This document shows, piece after piece, positions 11,603-23,160 of a DNA stretch of 42,076 nucleotides. The stretch spans positions 65,478,550-65,520,625 of the forward strand of contig NC_068986.1 in the NCBI RefSeq assembly GCF_001194135.2, given 5' to 3'. Below the pieces are notes generated by a model. The model was not told the origin of the DNA and made no database searches. It saw only the letters and a list, made by a program, of their open reading frames with translations. The translations under genes and the position numbers were made by a program. Each line of letters starts with the position of its first letter. The stretch's first letter is position 1. The stretch is from Octopus bimaculoides (lineage: Eukaryota).

Positions 11603-12733
11603 CGTGCGTGTGTGTGTGTGTGTGTATGTGTGTGTGTGTGCTTATACAGTGAATGCTTCGAATTGTATTTAAACACTATCTTCTGAAATTCAAAATTCAA
11701 CAGTTCGCCGAACGGAGCAAGAATGAGAGAGATAGGGAAGGAGTGGTGAATGGATGGATGTATGAGAAGGAAAAACGAAGAGAGAGAAAAAGAGAAAGTG
11801 TGTGTCTGAAAGAGTGGTAAGGATGAATAAACGTCAATGAATGAGGAGTGGTTTCGTTGATTCTTCATATGGAATGATTTAACTGATAATCGCAAGAATT
11901 TCCATCTGATGTTGGTCGGTTCTCTAGGGAAGCAACTAACGGAAAGATAGAAACCTTGCGATTTCTGCTGGACTCTAGTGATTTGATTAATGAATGAACT
12001 GCAAGTGATGTACACATTGCTGAGGAAATGACCTTACAAGGATCGATAAAGCATGCACAATACGAAGCGTTATACAAGCGCCAATCAATATTATACACAA
12101 GTTTAATATTACTGCGTTTTAAACAAAACTGTTCTGTACAAAGTATGTTACAATGAAGGTTCGTCAGTCATAATTATACTGCTGAATAGTAGTTGTCCAA
12201 TAGCAACACCAACAACAATTGTTTGTTTTCGTATCGGGAATAAAAAAGAATTTATTCTCGATCCGAAAAGAATTGTCGCCGTCGTCATCGTCGTTGTTGT
12301 AGTTGTTGTGTACCACCTGCCCTAAGTTGGCACTAATCGTGCAAACTCCCGATTAAAAGTCTTCTAGTTGTTTCCCTTTTCGCCGATTGTAGCCTACCGC
12401 AGACATTGTATATTCGACATGTATATTCACATTATTCTGCGAGCATTTATTTATATTGATTTCAGTAGTTATATACTTGGAATTATGGTATGTTACTTGA
12501 GAGAGCTTGCTGTCCTATTTAAACCGAGTGGTGATTTATCTCATGCGCTCGACGCCATGGAAACGATGTTAAACATCGCTACTTAAAATTCGCCAGGGTC
12601 TACTAGTTGCATTCATTTTATTTTTATAACTTTTCTCAATTGATTAACTATATGATTGATTTGATTGATATTCAATCTACTCTAATATTCTATAATCTTT
12701 CTAAAAATTCACTTCATGTCATTATCTTTCTAG

Positions 12734-12766
12734 ATTTGCTCATGCTCGACAAAGAAGATACATAAG
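12734..12766 (+). other. Candidate 33-nt micro-exon
   Basis: cattatctttctag|ATTTGCTCATGCTCGACAAAGAAGATACATAAG|gtaaga: good acceptor and strong donor; length is a multiple of 3. Confidence 0.4.
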
Positions 12767-12805
12767 GTAAGAAGAACTGCTGCCGATTAATTTAAAAATA
12801 TTGAA

Positions 12806-12860
<55 letters not shown>

Positions 12861-12875
12861 TGTGTGTATGTGTGT

Positions 12876-12917
<42 letters not shown>

Positions 12918-13214
12918 CTACATTGTCTATGTGTATATTTTCAGCAATAAATATTACTAATTGAAGACCTGATGATTTGTTTTGCTTCTTTGATTACAAT
13001 GTATTACTTTATACAGAGCATATGCCATTATCTTCTGTTCTGAACTACAAAGCCAGAGTATCGTGTTGAAGGAACTACACCTTCCTAAGTTAACGCGAGT
13101 TTCGCCAGATTCAATGTTAGTGAAGCGGCTGACTTAGCCGTATGCTGAGATATTGTGGACAAACCGAAGGAAATGTCGGAAAAGGAAGGATACGATTCCA
13201 AACAACCATGCAGT

Positions 13215-13410
13215 GAATATGGTCACGTGACCTGCTAGAAATATCAACGAAACTGCTCTTAAACCACATCCTGACGTTTTTAACAAAAGGAAATAAAGAG
13301 TAGATTATGTAGACTGCAACATATTAGGTGTAGAAAAGGGGAAATACAATATCGTTAAAGCTGGAATGCCTTTGATCATAAATATCTTTATTTAGGACCG
13401 ACATGGGACT
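13215..13410 (+). mobile_element. Dispersed repeat (SINE-like family D), degenerate
   Basis: ggtcacgtgacctgctagaaatatcaacgaaa..accacatcc..aaagctggaatgcctttgatc; a related degenerate copy lies at about 39510-39660. Confidence 0.5.
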
Positions 13411-13477
13411 AAAGAGCAGCAACAACAACAACGACTACTACAAGTGAGCCTTGTTTTCAGTAATATTAGTTCCTACT

Positions 13478-13562
13478 GAGGCAGCGAGCTGGTAGAATCG
13501 TTAGCAGGCCGGGAGAAAATGCTTAGCGACATTTTGTCTCTCTACGTTCTGAATTGAAATTG
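13478..13562 (+). mobile_element. SINE family A 5' fragment
   Basis: ggcagcgagctggtagaatcgttagcaggccggg..aaatgcttagcgacatttt..tacgttctgaattgaaat. Confidence 0.8.
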
Positions 13563-14468
13563 CATAAGTTAATTAGTATTGTAAGGAATAGTTGTACTCC
13601 AGGCAACCCCGAGTGAACAGAACAATGATCAATGATGTTCCAGCTTTGGTTACTTACCATTTCTTTCGGGTATTGTATATTTAGAACTATAATACTCAAC
13701 GTTTTTGTTCCTTTCGGTGTGGTAGAACGTCATTTGAAAGAAAATCGGTTGGTATTTTTGCAAGTCAAGCGACAAGTAAAAGCGTTTTCGTTGGTTGTCG
13801 TTGATGTAAGTAGTGTAGATGAAATGAAAATGCACCAACCACAACTGAAAATCAAGCCGTGTTCACTTATTCACCAGCTATACAAAACTAGCCGTCTAGC
13901 TACGGGAGCTTTGATTCTTTTATAGAATGGTTAAATGTGTAGCAGGGTCGTATATAACATTTTTCCTATCGACAATTAGGAAAGATATAATGAAGCTTTT
14001 TCATAAACACACAAATAAAAGGAAAAAGATCAATGCTCGGAAAATATCATGTAGTGAACTGTTAGTTAATAAAATAAGGTAGGTTTCTTTCTACCACCTT
14101 TGGTGGGGGCCGGGATTTCTGAAGGTAGAGCAACTGAAAAACAAAATCAACGGAGTTTTATGATGATATAATTGCCTGATCAGAGCTCAAACTCGAATTA
14201 AACTGCTGCTGCTGCTACTGCAGCTGCTGCTGCTGACGACGACGACGACGATGATGATGATGATGATGATGATAGGAGAAGGGGATGCATTATAAATAAT
14301 TATACAGCGTGGTTAAGTTTTTTGTGCTGAGTGGAGAAGAGGAAACTGATGATTTCATAAGAGACCCTTCGCCTGAAAGGAAAGAGCTTTCAGGGAGCCA
14401 AGTTTCTTGCTCATGAATGTAACATCGTGTCGTTAATGTTAAATTGATTTAATCATATGTACACACAC

Positions 14469-14504
<36 letters not shown>

Positions 14505-14577
14505 GCGTGTATGTATGCATGTATGTGTGTGAGTGCCTGTGTTTGTTTGTGTGTGTGTGTGTGTGTGTGTGCGTGCG

Positions 14578-14609
<32 letters not shown>

Positions 14610-14810
14610 CGTGTGTGTGTTTTAAGAACCTAGCTATATCAAAGTGAAATTTGAACATTTCATCTAAGAGGAAAGACAATATTTTTTTTAAATGTTTCTA
14701 ATCAGCTTTTCAACCAGTTGAAAACATTTTCTTCTCTCTGACGAAGAATAAGTCCTGAAACATCATATAATTCTTCTCCTAGTGGTATGTGAATTAATCC
14801 GAAATCATGG

Positions 14811-14847
<37 letters not shown>

Positions 14848-14848
14848 G

Positions 14849-14880
<32 letters not shown>

Positions 14881-14924
14881 TTATGATGTGGTTTGAGAAT
14901 AACTATTGGATCGTCCTCTATAAA

Positions 14925-15130
14925 GTTCTGGCATTGTTCCCTCCGTCTATCATAACTTTGCCCCATTCAAAAACACCTCAAGAGGCCATCAATTTTCCAC
15001 AGACCAAGAAGTGAAAGAAGCACTATATACTCATCTCTGAGTAAAATACCTTTCTTTTTATGGCGACACAAAAAAACTTGAGTGAAGACGAACCAAAATT
15101 GTTCAGAAAATAGAAGATATTGAAAAATGA
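14925..15130 (+). mobile_element. Mariner/Tc1 transposase C-terminal remnant
   Basis: Plus frame reads PFKNTSRGHQFSTDQEVKEALYTHL*VKYLSFYGDTKKLE*RRTKIVQKIEDIEK*, matching the mariner C-terminus LKNxLRGxxFSTDxEVKxAVxxWL..FYxxGIxKLVxRWxKC..GDYVEK. Confidence 0.75.
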
Positions 15131-15532
15131 TGTACTTTATTATTGTTGTAAAATAAATGATTAATGAAAAATAAAAATAAAAGGATCACTGAGCACTGAA
15201 CTTTCCAATAAACAGAAACCGCAAATTTACTGATATTTCAAGTTCAAACCTGCACCGTAATTACTAGAGCGAGATCAGGTCCACTGAAGCGAGAAGGAAG
15301 GACAGACGTTCCAGACAATAAGAAGACTATTAGCGCACTATGGATAATTAGTCAAACTCGCATACGTATATACACTCACACACGTACAAACACACACAAA
15401 CAAATACACACACATAAGTAATATATATTATATATAAACAGGGAGACAGATAAATAGATAGATAGGAATAGAGATATGCATGTACTGATACACACATATA
15501 CACTCATTCATATATGTGTGTATGTGTATATG

Positions 15533-15614
<82 letters not shown>

Positions 15615-15798
15615 CAGAACAAGCAACAGGATATCAAGAAACGACGCAGTACGCTCATTTCAAGCGACTCCATTTAATTGAGCAATCAGCTGCATAAATG
15701 AATAAGTTTATTCAGCCGGACACAATAATATAATTTTGCGCAAATACTTTAACATAGCACGAAGACAGAAATCCATGTTGTTGCTATATATATAAAAT

Positions 15799-16613
15799 AG
15801 TAGGGTAAAAAATTGGATATTAATTAATATCAATTTAATACCAGGTAACTAGCACATTAAAAGAATCAGGAGATTCAGAAATGATTATCTGAGATCTCAA
15901 AAGGATTATTGTATATGTATATATAACGGAGACCACTAAGTGGACTGCTAATGTGCTAGAAGAAGATCACCGAATAGTTCTCAAAGAAACTTTATTTATT
16001 TCTGTAATTTTCACTAGTCTCGCCCGAATGTTTTTGCTTCGCTAGATTTTTTCTTTGAGAACTATTCGGTGATCTTCTTCTAGCACATTAACAGTCCACT
16101 TAGTGGTCTCTTTTATATATACATATACAATAATCCTTTTGAGATCTCAGATAATCTTTTCTGAATCTCCTGATTCTTTTAATGCGCTAGTTACTTGGTA
16201 TTAAATTGATATTAATTAATATCAAATTTTCTACCCTACTTTTTTAATTAACCATAACCGTGTTTTCAAAGTTGGTAAATTCGATGGTGAAATTATTTTC
16301 TGCAGAGATATTTCCGGATTTAGTGCGCAAAAACAAAGCCTTTTGAATATTACCCTATATAATTAATAGAACCACGTGCACGTTCTTCAGTAGTTGGGAA
16401 CAACTAGAACATGATTCTGCGAATTATATTTCTTTGGCAGTCCGTACTGATGTTAATTTCGAAACCTTGGTCTACGGATAAACTTTGTATTTATTTCTGT
16501 AATTTTCACTAGTCTCGCCCGTATGTTTTTGCTTCGCTACATTTTTCTTTGAGAACTATTCAGTGATCTTCTAACACATTAGCAGTCCACTTAGTGGTCT
16601 CTTTTATATATAC

Positions 16614-16615
<2 letters not shown>
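15799..16615 (+). mobile_element. Hammerhead-bearing non-autonomous element with 5' inverted arm and partial tandem duplication (Penelope-like or retrozyme-like)
   Basis: Arms 15799-15989 and 16050-16240 are reverse complements (about 8 mismatches by my count). 15990-16125 recurs directly at about 16482-16615. A hammerhead motif lies immediately before the second copy. Confidence 0.75.
16441..16478 (+). ncRNA. Minimal type I hammerhead ribozyme motif
   Basis: TCCGTA CTGATG ttaattt C GAAAC cttg GTC TACGGA: perfect 6-bp stem I (TCCGTA/TACGGA), CUGAUG core with U at position 9, GAAA, short stem III (ACC/GGT) and GUC cleavage triplet. Confidence 0.75.
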
Positions 16616-16656
<41 letters not shown>

Positions 16657-16685
16657 CATGCATATATATATACATATGAATTATA

Positions 16686-16795
16686 GGTTCATTCTCACTG
16701 CGTGGCATCTTGGATAAATATCTTCACATAGCTACAGGCAATCCAAAGCCCAGTGAAATGATTTGGTAGACCTAAACTGAAAGAATTCCGTCGTA
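16686..16795 (+). mobile_element. SINE family B 5' fragment (degenerate)
   Basis: cactgcgtggcatcttgg..gatttggtagacctaaactgaaagaattccgtcg. Confidence 0.75.
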
Positions 16796-16880
16796 TACAT
16801 ATACGCATACATACGTACATATATACATACATACATACATTCATGCATACATGCATACACACATACATGCATACATACAC

Positions 16881-17081
<201 letters not shown>

Positions 17082-17482
17082 AGGCGTAGGAGTGGATGTG
17101 TGGTAAGTAGCTTGCTTACCAACCACATGGTTCCGGGTTCAGGCCCACTGCGTGGGACCTTGGGCAAGTGTCTTCTACTATAGCCTCGGGCCGACCAAAG
17201 CCTTGTGAGTGGATTTGGTAGGCAGAAACTGAAAGAAGCCCGTCGTATATATGTATGTTTATATGTATGTGTGTGTATATGTTTGTGTGTCTGTGTTTGT
17301 CCCCCCAACATCGCTTGACAACCGATGCTGGTGTGTTTACGTCCACGTAGCTTAACGGTTCGGCAAAAAGTGAAACGATAGAATAAGAACTAGGTTTACA
17401 AAGAATAAGTCCTGGGGTCGATTTGCTCGATTAAAGGTGGTGCTGCAGCATGGCTACAGTCAAATGACTGAAACAAGTAAAA
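17082..17482 (+). mobile_element. Full-length tRNA-derived SINE, family B
   Basis: aggcgtaggagtggatgtgtggtaag..ggttccgggttcaggcccac (A/B-box-like head), internal TA/TG microsatellite, 3' part ending gcatggctacagtcaaatgactgaaacaagtaaaa; multiple homologous copies in the window. Confidence 0.92.
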
Positions 17483-17544
17483 TATTCATATATATATATT
17501 GTGTTCCGACTACCGACAAAACATAAACAATAACTTAATACTGT

Positions 17545-17715
17545 CTGAGAGTGAAAGAATAAGAAAAGAGTAGGAGAGACAAAGACAATGCAAGGCCAGA
17601 CAGCAACAACTACGACCGACTCCAATATTCACATGTGGCCAATGCAATCGCGCTCTACGAGAGGATTGTCCATGTTAGCACATTCGCCACTGACATCAAT
17701 GGTCCAAATATACGT
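17545..17715 (+). mobile_element. Possible RTE-type LINE 3' end remnant (terminal zinc-finger motif)
   Basis: Frame ERQRQCKARQQQLRPTPIFTCGQCNR...HIRH resembles the FxCxxCxR..GLxSHxR C-terminus of RTE ORFs. Confidence 0.45.
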
Positions 17716-18052
17716 CCAGGAGCAGAAATTAATACTTCAAGGCTGTGCCCCAACATGACCGCAGTCTTATGAGAAAATATATAAGATATATTCATATATA
17801 TATGTACATACTAAAATGGCTATACACATTTAATGTTATAGTCTCATACAAAAACAATATATATTGAAAGGCGACGAAGAATCAACCCGGCAGTGGCGAG
17901 CGACAAGGTTAGATGTCTTTTGACCTTGTCAGTGACGTGTACTCGTAACCACATACCTAATCGAAATTTATTGCCTTCGATATACGAAACGGTGAATTGT
18001 GAGTAACCTCCAGACTGCATAAAAATCCAGTGTGCGCAAGTGATGCAGTTTT

Positions 18053-18422
18053 AGGCCTGGGTGTGTGGTAAGAAACATGCTTCCGGGTTCAGTCCCACCG
18101 TATGGCACTTTCGACAGGTGTCTTCCACTATAGCCTCGGGCTGACTAAAGCCTTGTGAGGGGATTTGTTAGACGGAAACTGAAAAAGTCTGTCATATATA
18201 TATGTATGTGTGCCTGTGTTTATCCCGCACCACCATTTGACAACTGATGCTGGTATGTTTATGCCCCGTAACTTAGCGGTTCGGTAAAATAGAACGATAG
18301 ACTAAGTATCAGGCTTAGAAAAAAGACCTAGTTTCGATTTGTTCGACTAAAATACTTCAAGGCGGTAGCCTAGCATGGCCGCTGTCAAATGACTGAAATA
18401 AGTAAAAGATAAAAGATATAAG
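18053..18422 (+). mobile_element. SINE family B copy
   Basis: Collinear with 17082-17482 along its length, ending in a gataaaagata tail. Confidence 0.9.
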
Positions 18423-18439
18423 ATATGTATTAAACTTAA

Positions 18440-20054
18440 CGTATATACACCGTTGACAAGGTAGACAGTGCAGTTTTGGTCTTCCAAATGACCAGCAGCA
18501 ACTCGTGTAATTCATTGGTGCTTTTCGTAAATTATCCACTGATATATGTGCTGCCGAATACTGATGTCATTGTGATTATCTATCAAGATGGCAATATTTC
18601 TTTTAGAACTCCTGAGGAAATAAACTCACTTCATGAAATTTAGAATTAATACATCACAGCAGAAAACTGAATCATCTGTTTGTGAATTAATGTCAACAAA
18701 ACAAGAGCAAAAGTTATTTGTTAAGTTATGCATCACAGTAACAAATCTTTGCTGTCTATAGTTGTTGCCTCTATAAGCTTTTGGGAGATGAACGTATATG
18801 ATTTCTCCTGCTGAACTCCCGGGTATTCTTACCCGTTAACAGTGCATGCACATTATGTTTGATGCATATATTGCTATGTTTAGTTGATATTGCTTTAAAA
18901 GCATCTAAATAGTTTCGTGCCATGTTTCAGCTGACATTTTCCTTGAAACTGCAACTCCAAGTATTTTTAAAGAAGTTGTTAAATCTAGTAGAAATGCCAG
19001 GTTTGAAGGTCATTGGGAAATCTGTGGCATTTACGTTTTATTCTCAAGAAATGTTTAGCTATTTCTTCCCGCAGCGTATAAACTCTATGTAACTGAACTG
19101 GATAACACCCCAAAAAATAGTGCAAGTCTTCATTCTCATTCACTGATTCAAATAAATACTATCGAAACTGGCGATAGTTGAATCCCCCAGACAAGATCAT
19201 ATTAATTTTACCACTTCGTTCATCGCGTCTTACAAATTCTGGTACCTCAACACAATATTTTCTGGAGATTCTGAAGGGTACATTTCTGATGTCGCTGTGT
19301 TTAATTTCTAGGCTCTTACTATGTCTTTGAAACAGAACCACAGCATCTTTATTTCGCACAAACAGTGTTGGTGCCCCAGCGGTTGTTATGGATGCTAGAT
19401 TCGAATTAGTTCTTCACGGAAAAATGCTTTATACTTGAACAAATTCTTTAACAAAGCAAAAGTTATCTTTGCCACATATACTAGCACTGCAAGCTGAGTT
19501 GTCTCTGTATTATCTGTACTCTCGTGAAACTCTTTTGAGAAGAAATGAATTTTTCACTAGTCTTTAAAGCCAATTTTCAAATGCAATGAAATTTCATGTA
19601 TTTGTCGGTCGCTTAACTGTTCTTGCGGAGAGATTGACATTTGAAAATAAACTATTTTTCTCGGGGCATTCAATGTCTTCAGTTACCATCAACCACTTTT
19701 TCACGAAATTCCTGTCAGTGAAAGGCTTCATGTTTACTCCCATCAATTTCGACATCGTATAACTTGCCAGGAGTATTTTTTTCTCGTTATATACTTCATT
19801 TTTGGAATGCCGAACATATTTTTCTAACCTCGGTTTAAATTTATGAACATATTTTCTTGCTTGCCAACTAAATTACCAGGAATTTCGTATGATTTCTCAT
19901 AGTAGCTATTGATGTAGGTCTTATTTAGAGCAATACTTCCATAGTAAATTAGGTATATAGATTTACCGAAGTATTAAATAAAGAAAAACTTTTCTGTTTA
20001 CCTGTTTTCGAAAGCTCTCCACTTAGCGTCAACTTTCCTGTGTTTTGTTGACAT
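18440..20054 (-). mobile_element. Decayed near-full-length hAT transposase (GTF2IRD2/Charlie-SPIN type)
   Basis: Minus translations in order: MSTKHRKVDAKWRAFENR*TEKFFF, LASYTMSKLMGVNMKPFTDRNFVKKWL..ECPEK, FFSKEFHESTDNTETTQLAV (DESTD..AQLA), ITTAGAP (ITTDGAP), SGGFNYRQF (GLNHRQF), LRKAP..SFG. Many stops and frameshifts. Confidence 0.85.
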
Positions 20055-20936
20055 GGAGATTTACTGAAAAGAAAATGAGATTAAGAAATCGTTATAACAA
20101 TAATTATAATCATAACAATAAAATCATTTTTTCTCTCCAAATGTTATCAATACATTTGTCTAACATCAACAAGCTTAAAATCCTTACAATATTAGTAGAA
20201 ACATAACCATTTGATATAGCAATTCTGTATGAAATATTATAATGTCAAAGCTTTCATTATTCTCAGTTGTGGTGTTTATAACTGCAAACAGTCTAAAATT
20301 ATTCTAAAATATATCCCTAATCTTACTACAAATGGAAAGCTGTTTATTTTATTGGTAAATGATAGTGTGGTTACAAATAGTTCAAGACATAATTCATTGT
20401 AAAATATTCCCGAATGTTACATATTAAAAAAGCAGTAAATTATGGGCATTTGGAAACATTATAAATCTAGTTGTATGGTCTTGTATAATATAGACTACTA
20501 AAATATTGATAGCACTACGTAATATTCCATATTATACGAAAATAGTAATTGTTAGTGTATATAGGTTATAGCATAATGCTGTTGTTATTGTAATTACGGA
20601 TAAACAAAATATTGCACACAAACCAGCCACCATTTTTCTAGACACCGTATGATGGATTCTACAGTTTGTTTGAGGGACTGTTGGCTGGTTCCGGCCCGAG
20701 ACTACTACAGTTATTGAAATGCAAATAAAAGTATCAAAAATCTTTCTTCCTGTCTTCTGTATGCATACCTACATGGCTTCATACAGGCACACGCTTACAC
20801 TGGTGCATACCCGTACAGATGTATTCACACACGCGCAGGCACGTAGACATACTTTCATGCACACACAAACACACACACACACGTGCGCGCGTACACACAC
20901 GCGCACATATGAACGCATGTGTTAATTTCTGATCCG

Positions 20937-20982
<46 letters not shown>

Positions 20983-21486
20983 CATGTGTACCTGGATAAA
21001 TTACATACATATACATGTAAATTACATGCATAAACATATAACCTATATACACTAGCAATTACTATTTTTCGTTTACTCTTTTTATTATGGCATATTATAT
21101 AATGCTATCAATATTTTAGTAGTCTGAACTGTAAAATATCATACAGCTACACANNNNNNNNNNNNNNNNNNNNNNNNNNNNNNNNNNNNNNNNNNNNNNN
21201 NNNNNNNNNNNNNNNNNNNNNNNNNNNNNNNNNNNNNNNNNNNNNNNNNNNNNNNNNNNNNNNNNNNNNNNNNNNNNNNNNNNNNNNNNNNNNNNNNNNN
21301 NNNNNNNNNNNNNNNNNNNNNNNNNNNNNNNNNNNNNNNNNNNNNNNNNNNNNNNNNNNNNNNNNNNNNNNNNNNNNNNNNNNNNNNNNNNNNNNNNNNN
21401 NNNNNNNNNNNNNNNNNNNNNNNNNNNNNNNNNNNNNNNNNNNNNNNNNNNNNNNNNNNNNNNNNNNNNNNNNNNNNTATATATAT

Positions 21487-21630
21487 ACGACGAGTTTCTT
21501 CCAGTTTCCGTCTACCAAATCAACTTACAAGGCTTTGGTCGGCTTTGGTAGAAGAAACTTGCCCAAGGTGCCATGCAGTTAACTATTTGGTTGGGAAGCA
21601 AGCTTCTTACCATACACACGTCTGTGCCTA
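21487..21630 (-). mobile_element. SINE family B 5' half
   Basis: cagtttccgtctaccaaatc..acaaggctttggtcggc..cttgcccaaggtgcca..ttggttgggaagcaagcttcttacca. Confidence 0.85.
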
Positions 21631-22602
21631 AATATATATATATATATTATTGCGCTTGCACAAATGCCCGTGTTTATTCAGATTTTTTTTTATGTATTGG
21701 CAGAGTGAAATAAGACTTCTTTAATGCAAAAAGAAGATGAAAGAATTTGTGACAGAAGACTTCCTCATATTTTGCACACGCCACTTTTGTTGTAATCATT
21801 ATTGTACCCTTCTTATTGCACTCAAATACCATCGCCACTGCCGCTGTTCCATGTATCATCATTACTACCGTCTCTCTCTTTGTCTCTCTCTGTCTCTCTC
21901 CTACGTCAGCAATAATTCAGCCAATCGTGTGTTTTAGTCCCCACTTGCACACATTCAAAAAATGAATAAATAAATAAATGAAATTATTGATAACTGCCTC
22001 TGCAGTAGGTAAATGTGTGTGAGTGCACACGCATGCATTGAAAACAACGACTGTACAAAAGATAAACATAACAGGATCCTGTGCTTAAAGTAGTGCTACG
22101 CGTCACTATATCTCTGGCGTTTGAACCAATGAAAGAAGCGAGAAATACTGCATTCCTTTTATATGATGTTCAGACATCACTATCAAGATTATTTTAAGTC
22201 TTAATCTGGAACAGAAGAAATACACACAGATTTGAAACAGAGTTGTAGAGACGAAGAAAGTCTGAAACAAAAGAAATTGGTGGAAACCAAGCCCATTACG
22301 TCAGAATATTTTTGCAGCATTTTTGTTTTAAATGAATGACAGCCGATAATTGACTGTCATTGATTTAAAACAAAAATCCTTTCATATCATTAGTATTTGA
22401 ATTTCGTTTAATTTAAATACATTAATGCGCCTTACAGTTAATGTTTTTAGATTTGGCTTGCAAGATTCTTTATGTGAGTTCGTGTGTTGTAGCATATTCT
22501 GTTGTGTCTGGGGGAGAGTCATTTTCTTTTTGTACCTTATAATTTAACACACTCACAGGTAAAATTTCCAATTATTTCTTATTTTTCTTTTCCTAAAATT
22601 TT

Positions 22603-23160
22603 NNNNNNNNNNNNNNNNNNNNNNNNNNNNNNNNNNNNNNNNNNNNNNNNNNNNNNNNNNNNNNNNNNNNNNNNNNNNNNNNNNNNNNNNNNNNNNNNNN
22701 NNNNNNNNNNNNNNNNNNNNNNNNNNNNNNNNNNNNNNNNNNNNNNNNNNNNNNNNNNNNNNNNNNNNNNNNNNNNNNNNNNNNNNNNNNNNNNNNNNNN
22801 NNNNNNNNNNNNNNNNNNNNNNNNNNNNNNNNNNNNNNNNNNNNNNNNNNNNNNNNNNNNNNNNNNNNNNNNNNNNNNNNNNNNNNNNNNNNNNNNNNNN
22901 NNNNNNNNNNNNNNNNNNNNNNNNNNNNNNNNNNNNNNNNNNNNNNNNNNNNNNNNNNNNNNNNNNNNNNNNNNNNNNNNNNNNNNNNNNNNNNNNNNNN
23001 NNNNNNNNNNNNNNNNNNNNNNNNNNNNNNNNNNNNNNNNNNNNNNNNNNNNNNNNNNNNNNNNNNNNNNNNNNNNNNNNNNNNNNNNNNNNNNNNNNNN
23101 NNNNNNNNNNNNNNNNNNNNNNNNNNNNNNNNNNNNNNNNNNNNNNNNNNNNNNNNNNNN
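22603..23160. other. Assembly gap (largest of nine N-runs; others 7965-8012, 11365-11508, 21154-21477, 23949-24149, 25355-25364, 26584-26597, 28811-28963, 34278-34430)
   Basis: N characters, nearly all abutting (TA)n, (CA)n or (GA)n tracts. Confidence 0.99.

Noticed and set aside
14725-14780. ctCTGACGAagaataagtcctGAAACatcat hammerhead-like core
   Set aside because: No NUH triplet or complementary stem I strand downstream; at best a dead remnant.
22080-22340. Charged open frame SGTEEIHTDLKQSCRDEESLKQKKLVETKPITSEYF
   Set aside because: Bounded by stops, with no credible acceptor or donor and no recognisable motif.
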